This document shows, piece after piece, positions 29,809-39,701 of a stretch of 53,879 bases of DNA; the stretch's first letter is position 1, and each line of letters opens with the position of its first letter. The notes below the pieces were generated by a model that ran no database searches, was not told the origin of the DNA, and saw only the letters and a list, made by a program, of their open reading frames with translations. This DNA comes from a bacterium (GTDB lineage Bacteria; Hinthialibacterota; Hinthialibacteria; Hinthialibacterales; Hinthialibacteraceae). The position numbers and the translations under genes are program-made. Location of the stretch: the NCBI GenBank assembly GCA_041946805.1, contig JBHGBC010000021.1, positions 1 to 53,879 of the forward strand, read 5' to 3'.

Positions 29809-30144
29809 TCATGCGCCCGGTTCGTCACGGTACCAGACCAATTCGATATTGGCGCCGTCGGCGGTGCGGAAGAATCCCGCCACGGCGAAGCCCACGTCGA
29901 ACGGCTCCAGCAGCACCGTCATGCCCCGGCTGAGTTCGGTGATCTGCTCGACGCTGTCCACGCGATAACCCACATGCGGCTCCACGCAGAGCGGCCCGGT
30001 TACGGGAGTGTCCGGTTCGAAACGGAGCCACTCGACAAAAAAAGGATGTTTGTGGGCATCCGTGATCCACACCCGCGTGGCCTCCACGAATATTTCGCCC
30101 TCTTTCCGTTGCAAAGTGGGAATGCCGACATGGTCGAATTGCAT
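29809..30144 (-). CDS. Small VOC/glyoxalase-like protein
   Basis: FDHVGIPT, PHVGYRVDS, GANIEL metal-ligand pattern; GGAGG RBS. Confidence 0.7.
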   Translation of the reverse strand: MQFDHVGIPTLQRKEGEIFVEATRVWITDAHKHPFFVEWLRFEPDTPVTGPLCVEPHVGYRVDSVEQITELSRGMTVLLEPFDVGFAVAGFFRTADGANIELVWYRDEPGA

Positions 30145-30237
30145 GAGGAACCTCCGGGATTGGGTTTTTTTTACATCTCGTGAGAGATCCCTTCCTTGCT
30201 TGAAGACCGGCAGGGGAGCCGCTTACGCCAGGTTTTT

Positions 30238-30320
30238 CCCTCACCCTGACCCTCTCCCAGAGGGAGAGGGAAATTCCCAGGGGTGAAGCCCTAGGCTAAT
30301 TTAAAATGCGCCGTTGGCGT
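30238..30320. repeat. Composite REP-like module (CCCTC hairpin + CCCAGGG..CCCTAGG + GCGCCGTTGGCG)
   Basis: Same module order as the interior of 26325-26575 but no TIRs recognised. Confidence 0.7.
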
Positions 30321-30368
30321 GTATAAACCGCATTGCATATTCGGAAGCCGTAACGTCAGGCTTTGCTT

Positions 30369-31805
30369 TCAACGGCCTCGATTTTCCTCTGTTCCGGCCT
30401 GTTGTTCATAGGCCAGCTGGCCCGCCTTGAGCAGCCAGCCTTCATTGCCCCGCCAATACATGAAGAGCAACAGAATGGCTCCCACAAGCAGCCAGCCGAC
30501 GACCAGGATGGGCGCGTAACGCAAGGGAGGTTCGGGAAGCGGCAGAATGGACTTGTAGCCAACCCAGAGCAGGGCGAGGGTGGAGATCAAGGGGAAAATC
30601 GCGTGGTAGAACACATTGAATTCCAGCTTGTGATCATGCCGGAAAAACCGGTAAACGCCCAAGTTTCCGGCGCAATACACGAACACCATGCCGATGGTGG
30701 CGACCAGCGCCATGAAGAAGAATTCCTTGTCCGGCCCGATCCAGAATCCCAGGCCCAGGCCCACGAAGACGGTCAGGAAGGTCTGCAGCCAGATGGCGTT
30801 GACCGGAGTTTGGAACTTCGGATGGATCTTAGTCAGGAAACGGGGCAGCGATTCGCCCCGGGCCATGGCGTAAAACACGCGCGTGGAGGCGTTGGTGCAG
30901 GCGATCGACACGGCCATGATCGAGTTCAACACCGCCAGCAGGACCAGAATCCACGCGCCGCCCCACAACTTGCGGGCCAGGATGAACGTGGGGCTTTCCT
31001 TGGTGCTCAAGAACGCGTCCAGGTCTTGAGTTCCCCAACCGATGAGCAACGCCCAAGTCGTGAACAGGTAAAACGCGCCGATCAACACGATCGAGCCGAT
31101 GATGGCGCGGGGAAGGTTGCGTTGGGGATCCTCGCTTTCCTCGGCCAAGGGGGCCACCGATTCAAAACCCGTGAAGCTGAAGATGGAAAACACCACGCCC
31201 AAATACAGGCCGTTGATGCTGAGCGCGTTGGCCGGATTATAGGAGGAAAAATTGATTCCTCCCTTGCCCGGTTGGATCAATCCGTGGACCACCAGCGCCA
31301 GCACGATCAGGATTTCCGCCAATCCCAACATCAACATGATGTGGGTCGACAGTTCGATTCCCCGGTACGTGACGAACGTGATGACCGCCGCGGCCAGGAT
31401 AAAAAACAACCACCAGGGGAAATGGATGCCGTATTCGAATCCCAATGTCTGCTCAAAAAAGTAACCCATGAAAGCCAGGTTGATGGCCGTGCCCATGGGA
31501 TCGTAGAGAAAATACAGCCAGGCGGTGAGAAATCCCGCCCGGGGATGGACCGTCCGGCTCACGTAGGTGTAATACCCTCCCGCGCAGGGCAGATGCCGCG
31601 CCAACTGGGTAAGGGAAAATCCCAGGGTTAGGACGATCAAGAAAGCGATCGCGAACGACAACGGGGACGTGACGCCCGCCAGGGACGTGATGAATTGGAT
31701 CGAAAAGATCAATCCGATCGCGGGAGCGATGTGGGTGATGCCTTGCATGAGGATGGAAGGAAGTTTTAAGGCGTTTTCACGGAGCTTGGCTTCGGTTGGT
31801 TTCAT
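30369..31805 (-). CDS. APC family amino acid/amine permease
   Basis: About 12 TM segments, PCAGGYYTY, FSFTGFES..LAEE, RVFYAMARG..LP, TPVNAI. Confidence 0.92.
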   Translation of the reverse strand: MKPTEAKLRENALKLPSILMQGITHIAPAIGLIFSIQFITSLAGVTSPLSFAIAFLIVLTLGFSLTQLARHLPCAGGYYTYVSRTVHPRAGFLTAWLYFLYDPMGTAINLAFMGYFFEQTLGFEYGIHFPWWLFFILAAAVITFVTYRGIELSTHIMLMLGLAEILIVLALVVHGLIQPGKGGINFSSYNPANALSINGLYLGVVFSIFSFTGFESVAPLAEESEDPQRNLPRAIIGSIVLIGAFYLFTTWALLIGWGTQDLDAFLSTKESPTFILARKLWGGAWILVLLAVLNSIMAVSIACTNASTRVFYAMARGESLPRFLTKIHPKFQTPVNAIWLQTFLTVFVGLGLGFWIGPDKEFFFMALVATIGMVFVYCAGNLGVYRFFRHDHKLEFNVFYHAIFPLISTLALLWVGYKSILPLPEPPLRYAPILVVGWLLVGAILLLFMYWRGNEGWLLKAGQLAYEQQAGTEENRGR

Positions 31806-32007
31806 AAACGGGCGCTCCTGCTTGGTAAGCCTGTTATCAACAATGGCTGGGATAGATATAAAAATGTGGGGAAAATCATATCACGCCCATGGCCCTCTAA
31901 AAGAGAGGATCAAGCAAAAATAGACAATTTAGATACATCAATGATTGGGATAAATGTAAAACAAACACGATAAGCTAAATCCTAGGAGAGGCGCTATTGG
32001 ATCTAGC

Positions 32008-33141
32008 TCACCCCCGGCGCGACCACAACCGGACAACCTGTTCCGCGGTACGCTCGAGATTTTCCTTTGTACTCGCCATGGCTTCCTGAAGGGCCATGGG
32101 ACCCGGGGTGATGGAAAACAGCGCGATCAGGGAATCGGACAGCAGGGAGCGGACATCACCCGCGAGATGCCCCGCCAGCGCCACCACCGGGACACCCTGT
32201 TTCTCCGCGCGGCGCGCGACTCCGGCGGGGACCTTGCCGAACCGGGTGGAGGCGTCGATTTTGCCTTCCCCCGTGAGCGCCAGCGACGCGCCCCGCAAGG
32301 CCTCGTCAAGTCCGGCGTAATCGGCGATCAAGTCGAGACCGGACCGGATTTCCGCGCCGCAAAACGCCACCAGGCCCGCTCCCAGGCCGCCCGCCGCCCC
32401 GCCGCCGGGTTGGTTACCGATATGTACACCGAAATCTTTATCCCAGCATCGCGCGACGTTAGCCAAGCCCATTTCCAATTCTCGAATCATGTCCGGGGTG
32501 GCCCCTTTCTGGGGACCGTAAACCGGAGCCGCGCCTTGAGGACCGAGTAGTGGATTATTGACATCCGACGCCACCCGCATCTTGACCCGCCGCAGCCGGG
32601 GATGAACCTGGGAGGAATCAATGGAGGCGAGCGAGGCCATGGAACCCCCCACCGGTTCGATTTCGTTGCCATGCCGGTCCAGCAGCCGGTAACCGAGCGC
32701 GGCCGCCATGCCGAGGCCGGCGTCGGTGGTGGCGCTGCCGCCGATGCCCACGATCAGCGTGTCCACGCCCCGGTCCAGCGCGTCGCGGATCATTTCGCCG
32801 GTGCCGTAGGTCGTTGTGCGCATGGGATTTTTTTCGTGTTCCTGAAGATGCCATAAACCAGAAGCCGCGGCCATTTCGATTACGGCGGTTCGGTCTTCAT
32901 CGATGAGTCCATACCGGGCCGCCACGGGCCGCATGAGGGGATCCCGCGCGGTAATTTCCACCAAGCGGCCCTGGCGGGCGGAAACCAGGGCCTCGGTGGT
33001 GCCGTCGCCACCGTCGGCCAGGGGAACCTCGATGATTTCCAGGTCAGGTGTGGCTTTTCTGGCGCCCGCGGCCATGGCTTTGGCCACCTCCGGCGCGGAC
33101 AAGCATTCCTTGAAGGCATTGGGGGCGATGACCAGGCGCAT
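32008..33141 (-). CDS. glxK: Glycerate kinase (GlxK/GarK family)
   Basis: IAPNAFKECLS, PLADGGDGT, EMAAASGL, GIGGSATTDAG, GPQKGA, GAAGGLG, TGEGKID. Confidence 0.92.
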   Translation of the reverse strand: MRLVIAPNAFKECLSAPEVAKAMAAGARKATPDLEIIEVPLADGGDGTTEALVSARQGRLVEITARDPLMRPVAARYGLIDEDRTAVIEMAAASGLWHLQEHEKNPMRTTTYGTGEMIRDALDRGVDTLIVGIGGSATTDAGLGMAAALGYRLLDRHGNEIEPVGGSMASLASIDSSQVHPRLRRVKMRVASDVNNPLLGPQGAAPVYGPQKGATPDMIRELEMGLANVARCWDKDFGVHIGNQPGGGAAGGLGAGLVAFCGAEIRSGLDLIADYAGLDEALRGASLALTGEGKIDASTRFGKVPAGVARRAEKQGVPVVALAGHLAGDVRSLLSDSLIALFSITPGPMALQEAMASTKENLERTAEQVVRLWSRRG

Positions 33142-33179
33142 AGGCTTCGTTCCTTTTTTGCGAGTATGGGATCCGTTGC

Positions 33180-33576
33180 GAGGTTTGGTTGAGTTTTCGT
33201 CATGAATGAGTTACTGAAATGCGGGATGGCTCTGCCAGTGCCAATGGCGCTTCTAAACCAGCCCAGGATTTCAGCCCTGCGATAGAGCCGGGACCAATAT
33301 GACGAGGCGGCAAAAAGTGTAAATGAACCTGAAATGTTCTTTATGTTGTAGCGCAGACGCCACGTCTGCAACTATATTTTGTGGAGACAAGATATCTGCA
33401 CCATCATAAAGTGACTATTTGCCGCTCCGTCCAATATAACCAATTCCCTCTCCCTCTGGGAGAGGGTCAGGGTGAGGGCAGCCCTGAAAGGGCGATATAT
33501 GGGCTTTTCGTACAATCGATTACCCAGTTTCGTTTTGGAAATTTGAGTTACGTTGGAAAAAACTCAACAGAACCTA
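33180..33576. mobile_element. MITE-like element, family B (inverted, longer copy)
   Basis: Right end GAAAAAACTCAACAGAACCTA is the reverse complement of the 26325 end, at the same 96-nt distance from the GCCCTGAAAGGGC hairpin; left end AGGTTTGGTTGAGTTTTCG is degenerate; extra GTAGCGCAGACG..CGTCTGCAAC REP inside. Confidence 0.55.
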
Positions 33577-33665
33577 ATCAATCGTACTTGGAAGGGAAGA
33601 GAACAAGATCACTCAATCCAATAGAGTATTGGTTGGGGAAGAGGACCATCTTACCCTTGCTTTCC

Positions 33666-34904
33666 TTATGCGCTAGTCAGGCGGGAATTACGGGAAGTAG
33701 AACCTTGCGCCAGTTTCACGGATTCATCACGGTAAGGCCGTTCGATGCTTTCCAAGGCCACCATCGCCAAGGGATTCACGGCTTCTCCATGCCGGCGGAT
33801 TTCGAAATGCAAATGCGGGCCGGTGGAGCGGCCGCTGTTCCCGGACAGGCCGATGGAATCTTCCGAGCCTACCTCGTCACCTGTTTCCACGAAGCGTTCG
33901 GAGAGATGGGCGTAGAGTGATTGCATGCCCCCGCCGTGATCGATCTGCACCACCTGGCCATATCCATCCTTCGCGCCCGAGAAGGAGACGCGGCCGGGCT
34001 GGATGGAGCGGATGGGCGTCCCCGCCTCCACTCCGATATCGATTCCCCGGTGAAACTGTTCATACCCCAGGATGGGATGCACGCGGTTACCAAAATTCGA
34101 GGTCACCAGTCCCTGCAAGGGAGCCTGCGTTTGGTCATGCGTGGCAGGGACCGCCATGGCCTGCTGATCCGGTTCCTTGGAGGCCACACCGTCCTTCTTC
34201 GCCAAGAAATCTTCGGAATATAAAGGAGTCAAATCCAATTGATGGCCCGCGAAGATCCGGTTGGGATTGGGGATGTCATTATACTGGGCCACCACGTTCA
34301 CCAAGCGGTAGAGATCACCGGTGTTGTAAGCAATTCCTTGCTGATTGAGCGCGCCGGCCACAATGTGCGAGAGCGTGTCGCCCCGCGCGATCGTGTAGAT
34401 TTTTTGTGGAGATGAAGATGGTTCTGGACTTTCTGAAACCGGCTCTGCATCCTCGGCCGGAGGAGATGAAAGTGTTTCTTCCTTCACGGCTTCCGGCCGC
34501 GGCCCAATGTGTGGAATGTCGCCGGAGGAAGCGGCGAGGTTGAGCAATTCCACCAGGTTTTGGGGCGAAGTCTCAACGGATTCAGGCATCGCGGCCGGCT
34601 GACTCTCCTTCTCCGCCACGGGGGATTGGCCGGTCCCGGATGAATCCGTTATATCCTGCTCCTGAATCGTGACCGGATTGAATTGGGTGTTGGGGAGGAG
34701 CGCGGGGGGTTGCAGCGCCTCGGTGGTAAGCAACGGCGTGGGATTTTCCTGGACTTTGTCTTCCTGAATTTTATCTTCCAGAATGCGGGAAAACGGGCTG
34801 GCATGACCCGCGGGTTCCGCTTGAGTCATGAAATGCGACTGGAGTGGCGATGGGGGCCGCCGGACCGGCGCCGTGTCCAAGGGATCCACGAAGGGGTCAA
34901 CCAT
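33666..34904 (-). CDS. LysM + M23 family metallopeptidase
   Basis: YTIARGDTLSHI..NDIPNPNRIFAG (LysM); TSNFG.R.HP, HRGID, YAHL, GRSTGPHLHFEI (M23). Confidence 0.88.
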   Translation of the reverse strand: MVDPFVDPLDTAPVRRPPSPLQSHFMTQAEPAGHASPFSRILEDKIQEDKVQENPTPLLTTEALQPPALLPNTQFNPVTIQEQDITDSSGTGQSPVAEKESQPAAMPESVETSPQNLVELLNLAASSGDIPHIGPRPEAVKEETLSSPPAEDAEPVSESPEPSSSPQKIYTIARGDTLSHIVAGALNQQGIAYNTGDLYRLVNVVAQYNDIPNPNRIFAGHQLDLTPLYSEDFLAKKDGVASKEPDQQAMAVPATHDQTQAPLQGLVTSNFGNRVHPILGYEQFHRGIDIGVEAGTPIRSIQPGRVSFSGAKDGYGQVVQIDHGGGMQSLYAHLSERFVETGDEVGSEDSIGLSGNSGRSTGPHLHFEIRRHGEAVNPLAMVALESIERPYRDESVKLAQGSTSRNSRLTSA

Positions 34905-34944
34905 ATAGTCCTCCCGCTTGTTTCCGGATATCTCGAGCGTGGGA

Positions 34945-36042
34945 TCAAACCGAAAACCGGAATTCGATCACGTCTCCGTCCTGGACGAGGTATTCCTTGC
35001 CTTCCAGACGGAACTTACCCGCTTTTTTGATCTCCTCCATCGAACCCAGTTCCCGAAGATCGTGATAAGCAACCACTTCGGCCCGGATGAAGCCCCGCTC
35101 GATATCGCTGTGAATCTTCCCGGCCGCCGGCTGGGCCGCCATGCCGATAGGGATGGTCCACGCGCGGACCTCGTCCGGCCCGCAGGTCAGGAAGGAATGG
35201 AGATTGAGCACCCGGTAGGATTCGCGGATGACCCGCCCGCGGGCGGGGCCTTCCAGACCCGAGGCGGTAAAATAATCGTCCCATTCCTCCGGGGGAAAAT
35301 CTTGCAAATCGCGTTCCAATTGCGCGTTCATGGGCACAATCGTGATATTCCAGCGCTTTCCGGCTTCCTCCAATGTCTGAAGCCACGCGATTTCCTGGGG
35401 ATCGGTCAGATCGGACAGGTTAGCCAGTCCCAGCATCTGCTTGCCTGAAAGCAGGCCATAGGGGCGGATGTATTTGTTGACTTCATCCGGCATGGGAGCC
35501 GTGGAGATGATGGGCCGGTTGTTCTCGAGCGCCTCGTGGAAACGTTGCAGGGATTTTTTCTCGATCTCCAGTTCTTTCCGCATGGCTGGCTGCTTGTTGT
35601 AGGATTCGTCAATGCGCTTGAGGCGGTTTTCGATGATGACCAGGTCGGCGAGGATCAGCTCGGTGAGGATCAGATCCAAATCGCGGGCGGGATCGATGGA
35701 GCCCTCCGGGTGCGGGACCGATTCCGATTTGAACACGCGCGCCACGATCAGCAGGGCTTCCATGTCGCGCAGATGGCCGAGAAAGCGGTTGCTGAACCCT
35801 TTTTCTTGGCCAGCGCCCTTGGTCAGCCCCGCCACGTCGGTGAATTCCACGGTGGCGTAGGTGGTTTTTTTGGGCTTATAGAGCTCAGAGAGAAAATCCA
35901 CGCGCTCATCGGGGACCTTGGCAACGCCCCGGTTGGGATCTTTCTCCCCGCCGCCCAGCGAAGTCTCGGCGTGGCCGTGGGTCAAGGCATTGAAAACGGT
36001 GGTTTTACCCGAGGTTTGAAGACCGATGATTCCGATTTGCAT
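34945..36042 (-). CDS. ychF: Redox-regulated ribosome-binding ATPase YchF
   Basis: GLQTSGKTT, VPDER, DVAGL, EVRAWTI, AGKIHSDIERGFIRAEV, EGKEYLVQDGD. Confidence 0.95.
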   Translation of the reverse strand: MQIGIIGLQTSGKTTVFNALTHGHAETSLGGGEKDPNRGVAKVPDERVDFLSELYKPKKTTYATVEFTDVAGLTKGAGQEKGFSNRFLGHLRDMEALLIVARVFKSESVPHPEGSIDPARDLDLILTELILADLVIIENRLKRIDESYNKQPAMRKELEIEKKSLQRFHEALENNRPIISTAPMPDEVNKYIRPYGLLSGKQMLGLANLSDLTDPQEIAWLQTLEEAGKRWNITIVPMNAQLERDLQDFPPEEWDDYFTASGLEGPARGRVIRESYRVLNLHSFLTCGPDEVRAWTIPIGMAAQPAAGKIHSDIERGFIRAEVVAYHDLRELGSMEEIKKAGKFRLEGKEYLVQDGDVIEFRFSV

Positions 36043-36172
36043 GATGTTTTCCGTAATGGTTGGATGGTGATTCAGGCAATCACGCGAACATCCTGGTTAA
36101 CTCTTCACCTGAATGCAAAACTTTCTTAAGCCGAATCCGCCGTACGCATTCGGATGGGAAGGCTAAGCGATT

Positions 36173-36221
36173 CCCTCTCCCTCTGGGAGAGGGATAGGGT
36201 GAGGGTAGCCCTGAAAGGGCG
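36173..36221. repeat. REP-like CCCTC family copy
   Basis: ccctctccctctgggagagggatagggtgagggtagccctgaaagggcg. Confidence 0.8.
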
Positions 36222-36376
36222 AAATTCCTCAGTACTCTGCATTCTAGTAAACAGTTACCATCCTGGATTGTAATAGCAATGTCAGAGGGAAAAAACGTTC
36301 ATGCGCCATATCGTGGGAGGAAAAATATGCCGGATGGGGGACAAGAATGTGGGGAGGAATGGTTGTCAGAATGTTT

Positions 36377-36934
36377 TCACGGCCGCGGATTGGTCTCCAC
36401 CAAGGGGCGGAGACGCCACCGGTTGCCGGCGTCCCGGGTACAGAGATAGGTCTTGCTGCGGGAGAGGGTGGTTTGACGGTAAGGAATTTCACATAATCCG
36501 GTTAAGATAAAGCCGGTCGATTCTCCGGTTTCCAACAGTTGAGGACCGGCGGGAACCAGCCGGTAGCGGTACGTGGCGGTTATCACGCGGCCGGAGTTCT
36601 CTGCATCCGCCGGTTCATCCAGCGGATCGGCATCCACGAATACCGGGGCGATGCGCTCGGTGTAATCCTTCCCGGTTACGTCCGCGGGATCCTTGGCCCG
36701 GCTGAGTTCCACGAGGGCGCGTTCCACGGCGCCGCGGGCCAGCCAATCGGCCTGCTGGACCATGTATAGGCGTTGCGTGGCCCGCGCCATGAACACCGTC
36801 CGGGAAGCGGTCACCGCCACCAGCAAGGTAATGATGACTCCCAATACCAAAATCGCCGGGAACGTCACCATCCCGCGTTGGGTACCGGTCCGGAAAGATT
36901 TGGGCCTATGGGGAGAAGCGATTTTCGAATTCAT
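36377..36934 (-). CDS. PilX/GspK-like minor pilin
   Basis: QRG|MVTFPAILVLGVII hydrophobic helix lacking Glu5, QADWLARGAVERAL motif; ATGA overlap with upstream gene. Confidence 0.7.
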   Translation of the reverse strand: MNSKIASPHRPKSFRTGTQRGMVTFPAILVLGVIITLLVAVTASRTVFMARATQRLYMVQQADWLARGAVERALVELSRAKDPADVTGKDYTERIAPVFVDADPLDEPADAENSGRVITATYRYRLVPAGPQLLETGESTGFILTGLCEIPYRQTTLSRSKTYLCTRDAGNRWRLRPLVETNPRP

Positions 36935-37425
36935 GACGCCGCCTTGACTCCGCTGATGAAGGTGACAAACCGCCGGGTTTCGAGGTCCAGCGGCAGCTGG
37001 CGCGAACGCCGCCGCACTTCTACCCGCACCCGGTTGTCCTGCATGAACGAGATCTCCAAAAACGTGTTTTTCACTGAGCCAATCTTCACTGTCCGGCGGT
37101 TCTCCTCACGGGTGCCGTCCTCGCGCAGCAGTTCATCATTCTCGATACGATACACCACTTTCCGGGGTGTTCCTTCCGTGGTTTGCTGGTCCAGAATCAG
37201 CAATGCCTGTTCAGAGCGCGAGACGTTTTGTGAACGTTGGATGTCCAGCCGGAGTTGATCCACGATGCGCTGCGAGCGCATGGCGAAATCGTAGTTTCTC
37301 CGCAGGCCGTCCGACATTTTCTCCATGCCGATCCAGGTCTTCGACACTACTCCGGTCATGATCATCAGCATGGCGATGACAATCAGCAATTCGATCAAGG
37401 TGAACGCGGCCCGTCGGTCTTTCAT
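36931..37425 (-). CDS. Prepilin-type minor pilin (GspJ/PilW-like)
   Basis: RRAA|FTLIELLIVIAML; QLRLDIQRS; VVYRIENDELLRE. Confidence 0.82.
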   Translation of the reverse strand: MKDRRAAFTLIELLIVIAMLMIMTGVVSKTWIGMEKMSDGLRRNYDFAMRSQRIVDQLRLDIQRSQNVSRSEQALLILDQQTTEGTPRKVVYRIENDELLREDGTREENRRTVKIGSVKNTFLEISFMQDNRVRVEVRRRSRQLPLDLETRRFVTFISGVKAAS

Positions 37426-37495
37426 GATGAATTCCTTTTTTACTGCTTAACTGGGTGCTCAACCAACTCGTCTTTTAGCGATCCAACTATCTTTT

Positions 37496-37526
37496 CCCTC
37501 CCTCGGGGAGAGGGTTAGGGTGAGGG
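37496..37526. repeat. REP-like CCCTC family copy
   Basis: ccctccctcggggagagggttagggtgaggg inside the pilin operon spacer. Confidence 0.75.
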
Positions 37527-37577
37527 ATAAAGCAGAGAGTCACCAATGTGTCCTCCCTTACAACTCTCACCTGGATG

Positions 37578-38606
37578 TCATAATTCTTTCCCCGCCCGCC
37601 GGTACGACACGAGACGGAAATGGCGCGGAACCGGCGCGTCCATATCCTGTTGAAGACGCACGGTGATTTTCACCAACCCCTCTTCTCCAGCCTCTTCCAC
37701 AAGATAATGCCCGGTCAGGCGGTAGGGTGTCACGAATTCAGCCATGCCAATGGGCAAAGGTTGCGGTTCGCCCGACGGCGCGGGAAGAGCGTCCCTGGCC
37801 ATAAGGACATCCATCTGCGAGTTGAGGATTTCCACCACATGGGCGCGCAGCTCCACTTCCTTTTGAGTTCGCAAGGCGGTGGCCCAGACATGGACAAGCG
37901 AGCCGGTCATGATGCCGACTATCGCGACGCCGATGAGGAGTTCGATCAACGTCACGCCGCTTTCGTCATCCTTGCGGTTGATAAAGAAGGCCGGTTTCCA
38001 TGTTGGGAAGACATAGCGTTTCCATTCCACGGCTCGAGGAAAATAGGCGAAGGCGAAGAGAATCGCGCCGATTGCAATGAACTCGTTGCTCATAATCGGA
38101 GGAATATTGAACCATCCGCGGTTTCCACCGGAAAATCCCACAAACGATAGCAAAATGGGTATTACGATCCAGAAAAATCCCAGAACGATCAGGCCGGTCA
38201 TCAGAAGAAAGAGCAAGAAAGGTATCCGGTACAGCATGACGAACAAGGTCAACATCACCGCGAGTGACGCTCCCCACCCCAATCCCAACCCCGGTTCCCA
38301 AATGGCCAAGACTCCAAAACAAAGTATCAAGGTAAACAGGGCGGGGATGACAATCAGATCGATCCGGCGGTAGCGGAAGACAATGAACAATCCTGTAATC
38401 CCGAAAATCAAGGCGAGGAGGATGGCGGCCGGCAGGAGCTCGATGGACCCGCCGTAGTGGTGGAACAAATCATACGCGGCGTACACCAGCAGCGCGGCCA
38501 GACCAATCCCCAGGATGATGAACAAGGCGACAGTGATCCGTATGACCGAGACCAACGGGAGGAGCGGCCGTGATAAACGTAATGTGCGGTGTGGTTTCTG
38601 GTGCAT
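37578..38606 (-). CDS. Polytopic membrane protein fused to a C-terminal prepilin-type (GspI/PilV-like) domain
   Basis: About 6 hydrophobic segments in aa 20-190, then ESG|VTLIELLIGVAIVGIM at aa 217-233 and LVKITVRL near the C-terminus. Confidence 0.75.
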   Translation of the reverse strand: MHQKPHRTLRLSRPLLPLVSVIRITVALFIILGIGLAALLVYAAYDLFHHYGGSIELLPAAILLALIFGITGLFIVFRYRRIDLIVIPALFTLILCFGVLAIWEPGLGLGWGASLAVMLTLFVMLYRIPFLLFLLMTGLIVLGFFWIVIPILLSFVGFSGGNRGWFNIPPIMSNEFIAIGAILFAFAYFPRAVEWKRYVFPTWKPAFFINRKDDESGVTLIELLIGVAIVGIMTGSLVHVWATALRTQKEVELRAHVVEILNSQMDVLMARDALPAPSGEPQPLPIGMAEFVTPYRLTGHYLVEEAGEEGLVKITVRLQQDMDAPVPRHFRLVSYRRAGKEL

Positions 38607-38642
38607 GAGAACCTCACGCCGGGGAAATGGATAATCCGCGGA

Positions 38643-39689
38643 CTAAAACCGGATCCCGCTCGACATTTGGAAAAAGAACATGTAGAGGGCGATCACCGCC
38701 ATGCCGCCCAACACGGCGACAGTGAAGAGCAGAAACGGCTCCATGATCTCCCGCACGATGCCCGAGAGCAATTCGGCTTGGCGGCGGTGGTATTCGGCGA
38801 TGCGCTGCAAGACCTGGCCGAGATCGGCATGGCCGCCGGTTTCGGAAATCATCCACAGCGAGGTTTGCGGAATCCAAGTCTTTTGCCGCTGGGGTGTGAA
38901 GGACGTGCCCGCCGCCAGGGCGGTGTCCACTTCATCCAAGGCCATCTGCAGGGACACGCTGTCCAACACCCCCTTGGCGATACGGACCGCCTCCCGTCCT
39001 GAATGCCCGCCTTCCACCAGCACTCCCAATACTTCGCAGACTTCGGCGGCCTTGGCGTGGCGGTGCAGGGGCCCCAAGAAGGGGACGTAACGGATCACCC
39101 GGCCGGCCCAGTTGGACAGGCCGTTACGCCCTTCCACGTCCGAACCGATATAGCCGATTACCAGCCAAGCGAGAAACAGCAACATTCCTTCTGACAGGAT
39201 GAGGACGGATGGCCCCAGGTTGATCAAATACATGGAAAACGGATGGGGTGTGATATGCGCGCTTGGGAACATGCTCATGAACCTGGGAATCACAAAAACG
39301 AGCAGGATTCCCAGGTTGATGAGCAACAAGGTCCACACCACCATGGGGTAGATCAGGCATTTCTGCAGCCGGTGCTGGAGTTCGCGGGCCGCTTGCAAAT
39401 ACCGGCTGAGACCCATGAGCATCCGGGGCAGCACATTGCCTTCCTCTCCCACGCGGACCAGGCGGCGCATGGAAACGGGGAAATATTGGGGATAGTTCTC
39501 CAGGGCTTCGGACAGGGGGGAACCCAGGCGCACCAGTTCCGACACGCTTTCCTGGGTCTTGGCCCAGCCGCGGTCCAGCGCCTCCCGGCTCATCATGCCG
39601 ATGCTCTTGTCCAGGGGCAGTTGCAGTTTGCTGGCGACCGCCAGATGTTCGACGAATAAAATCAGGTTGTCCCATTTGAATCGGGCCAT
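38643..39689 (-). CDS. Type II secretion system F / PilC family platform protein
   Basis: GSPLSEALENYPQYFP..LVRVGEEGNVL, LIYP, VPFLG, ETGG..LGQVLQRIAEYH, IMEP: two GspF repeats. Confidence 0.88.
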   Translation of the reverse strand: MARFKWDNLILFVEHLAVASKLQLPLDKSIGMMSREALDRGWAKTQESVSELVRLGSPLSEALENYPQYFPVSMRRLVRVGEEGNVLPRMLMGLSRYLQAARELQHRLQKCLIYPMVVWTLLLINLGILLVFVIPRFMSMFPSAHITPHPFSMYLINLGPSVLILSEGMLLFLAWLVIGYIGSDVEGRNGLSNWAGRVIRYVPFLGPLHRHAKAAEVCEVLGVLVEGGHSGREAVRIAKGVLDSVSLQMALDEVDTALAAGTSFTPQRQKTWIPQTSLWMISETGGHADLGQVLQRIAEYHRRQAELLSGIVREIMEPFLLFTVAVLGGMAVIALYMFFFQMSSGIRF

Positions 39690-39701
39690 GGCGCACCTCT
39701 C

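Noticed and set aside
33381..33920. ORFs translated through the repeats (33381-33920, 24114-24389, 26334-26576, 43817-44128, 44890-45255, 52003-52239)
   Set aside because: Their PLPLGEG/PHPNPLPEGEG peptides are simply translations of the REP palindrome; no independent coding evidence.
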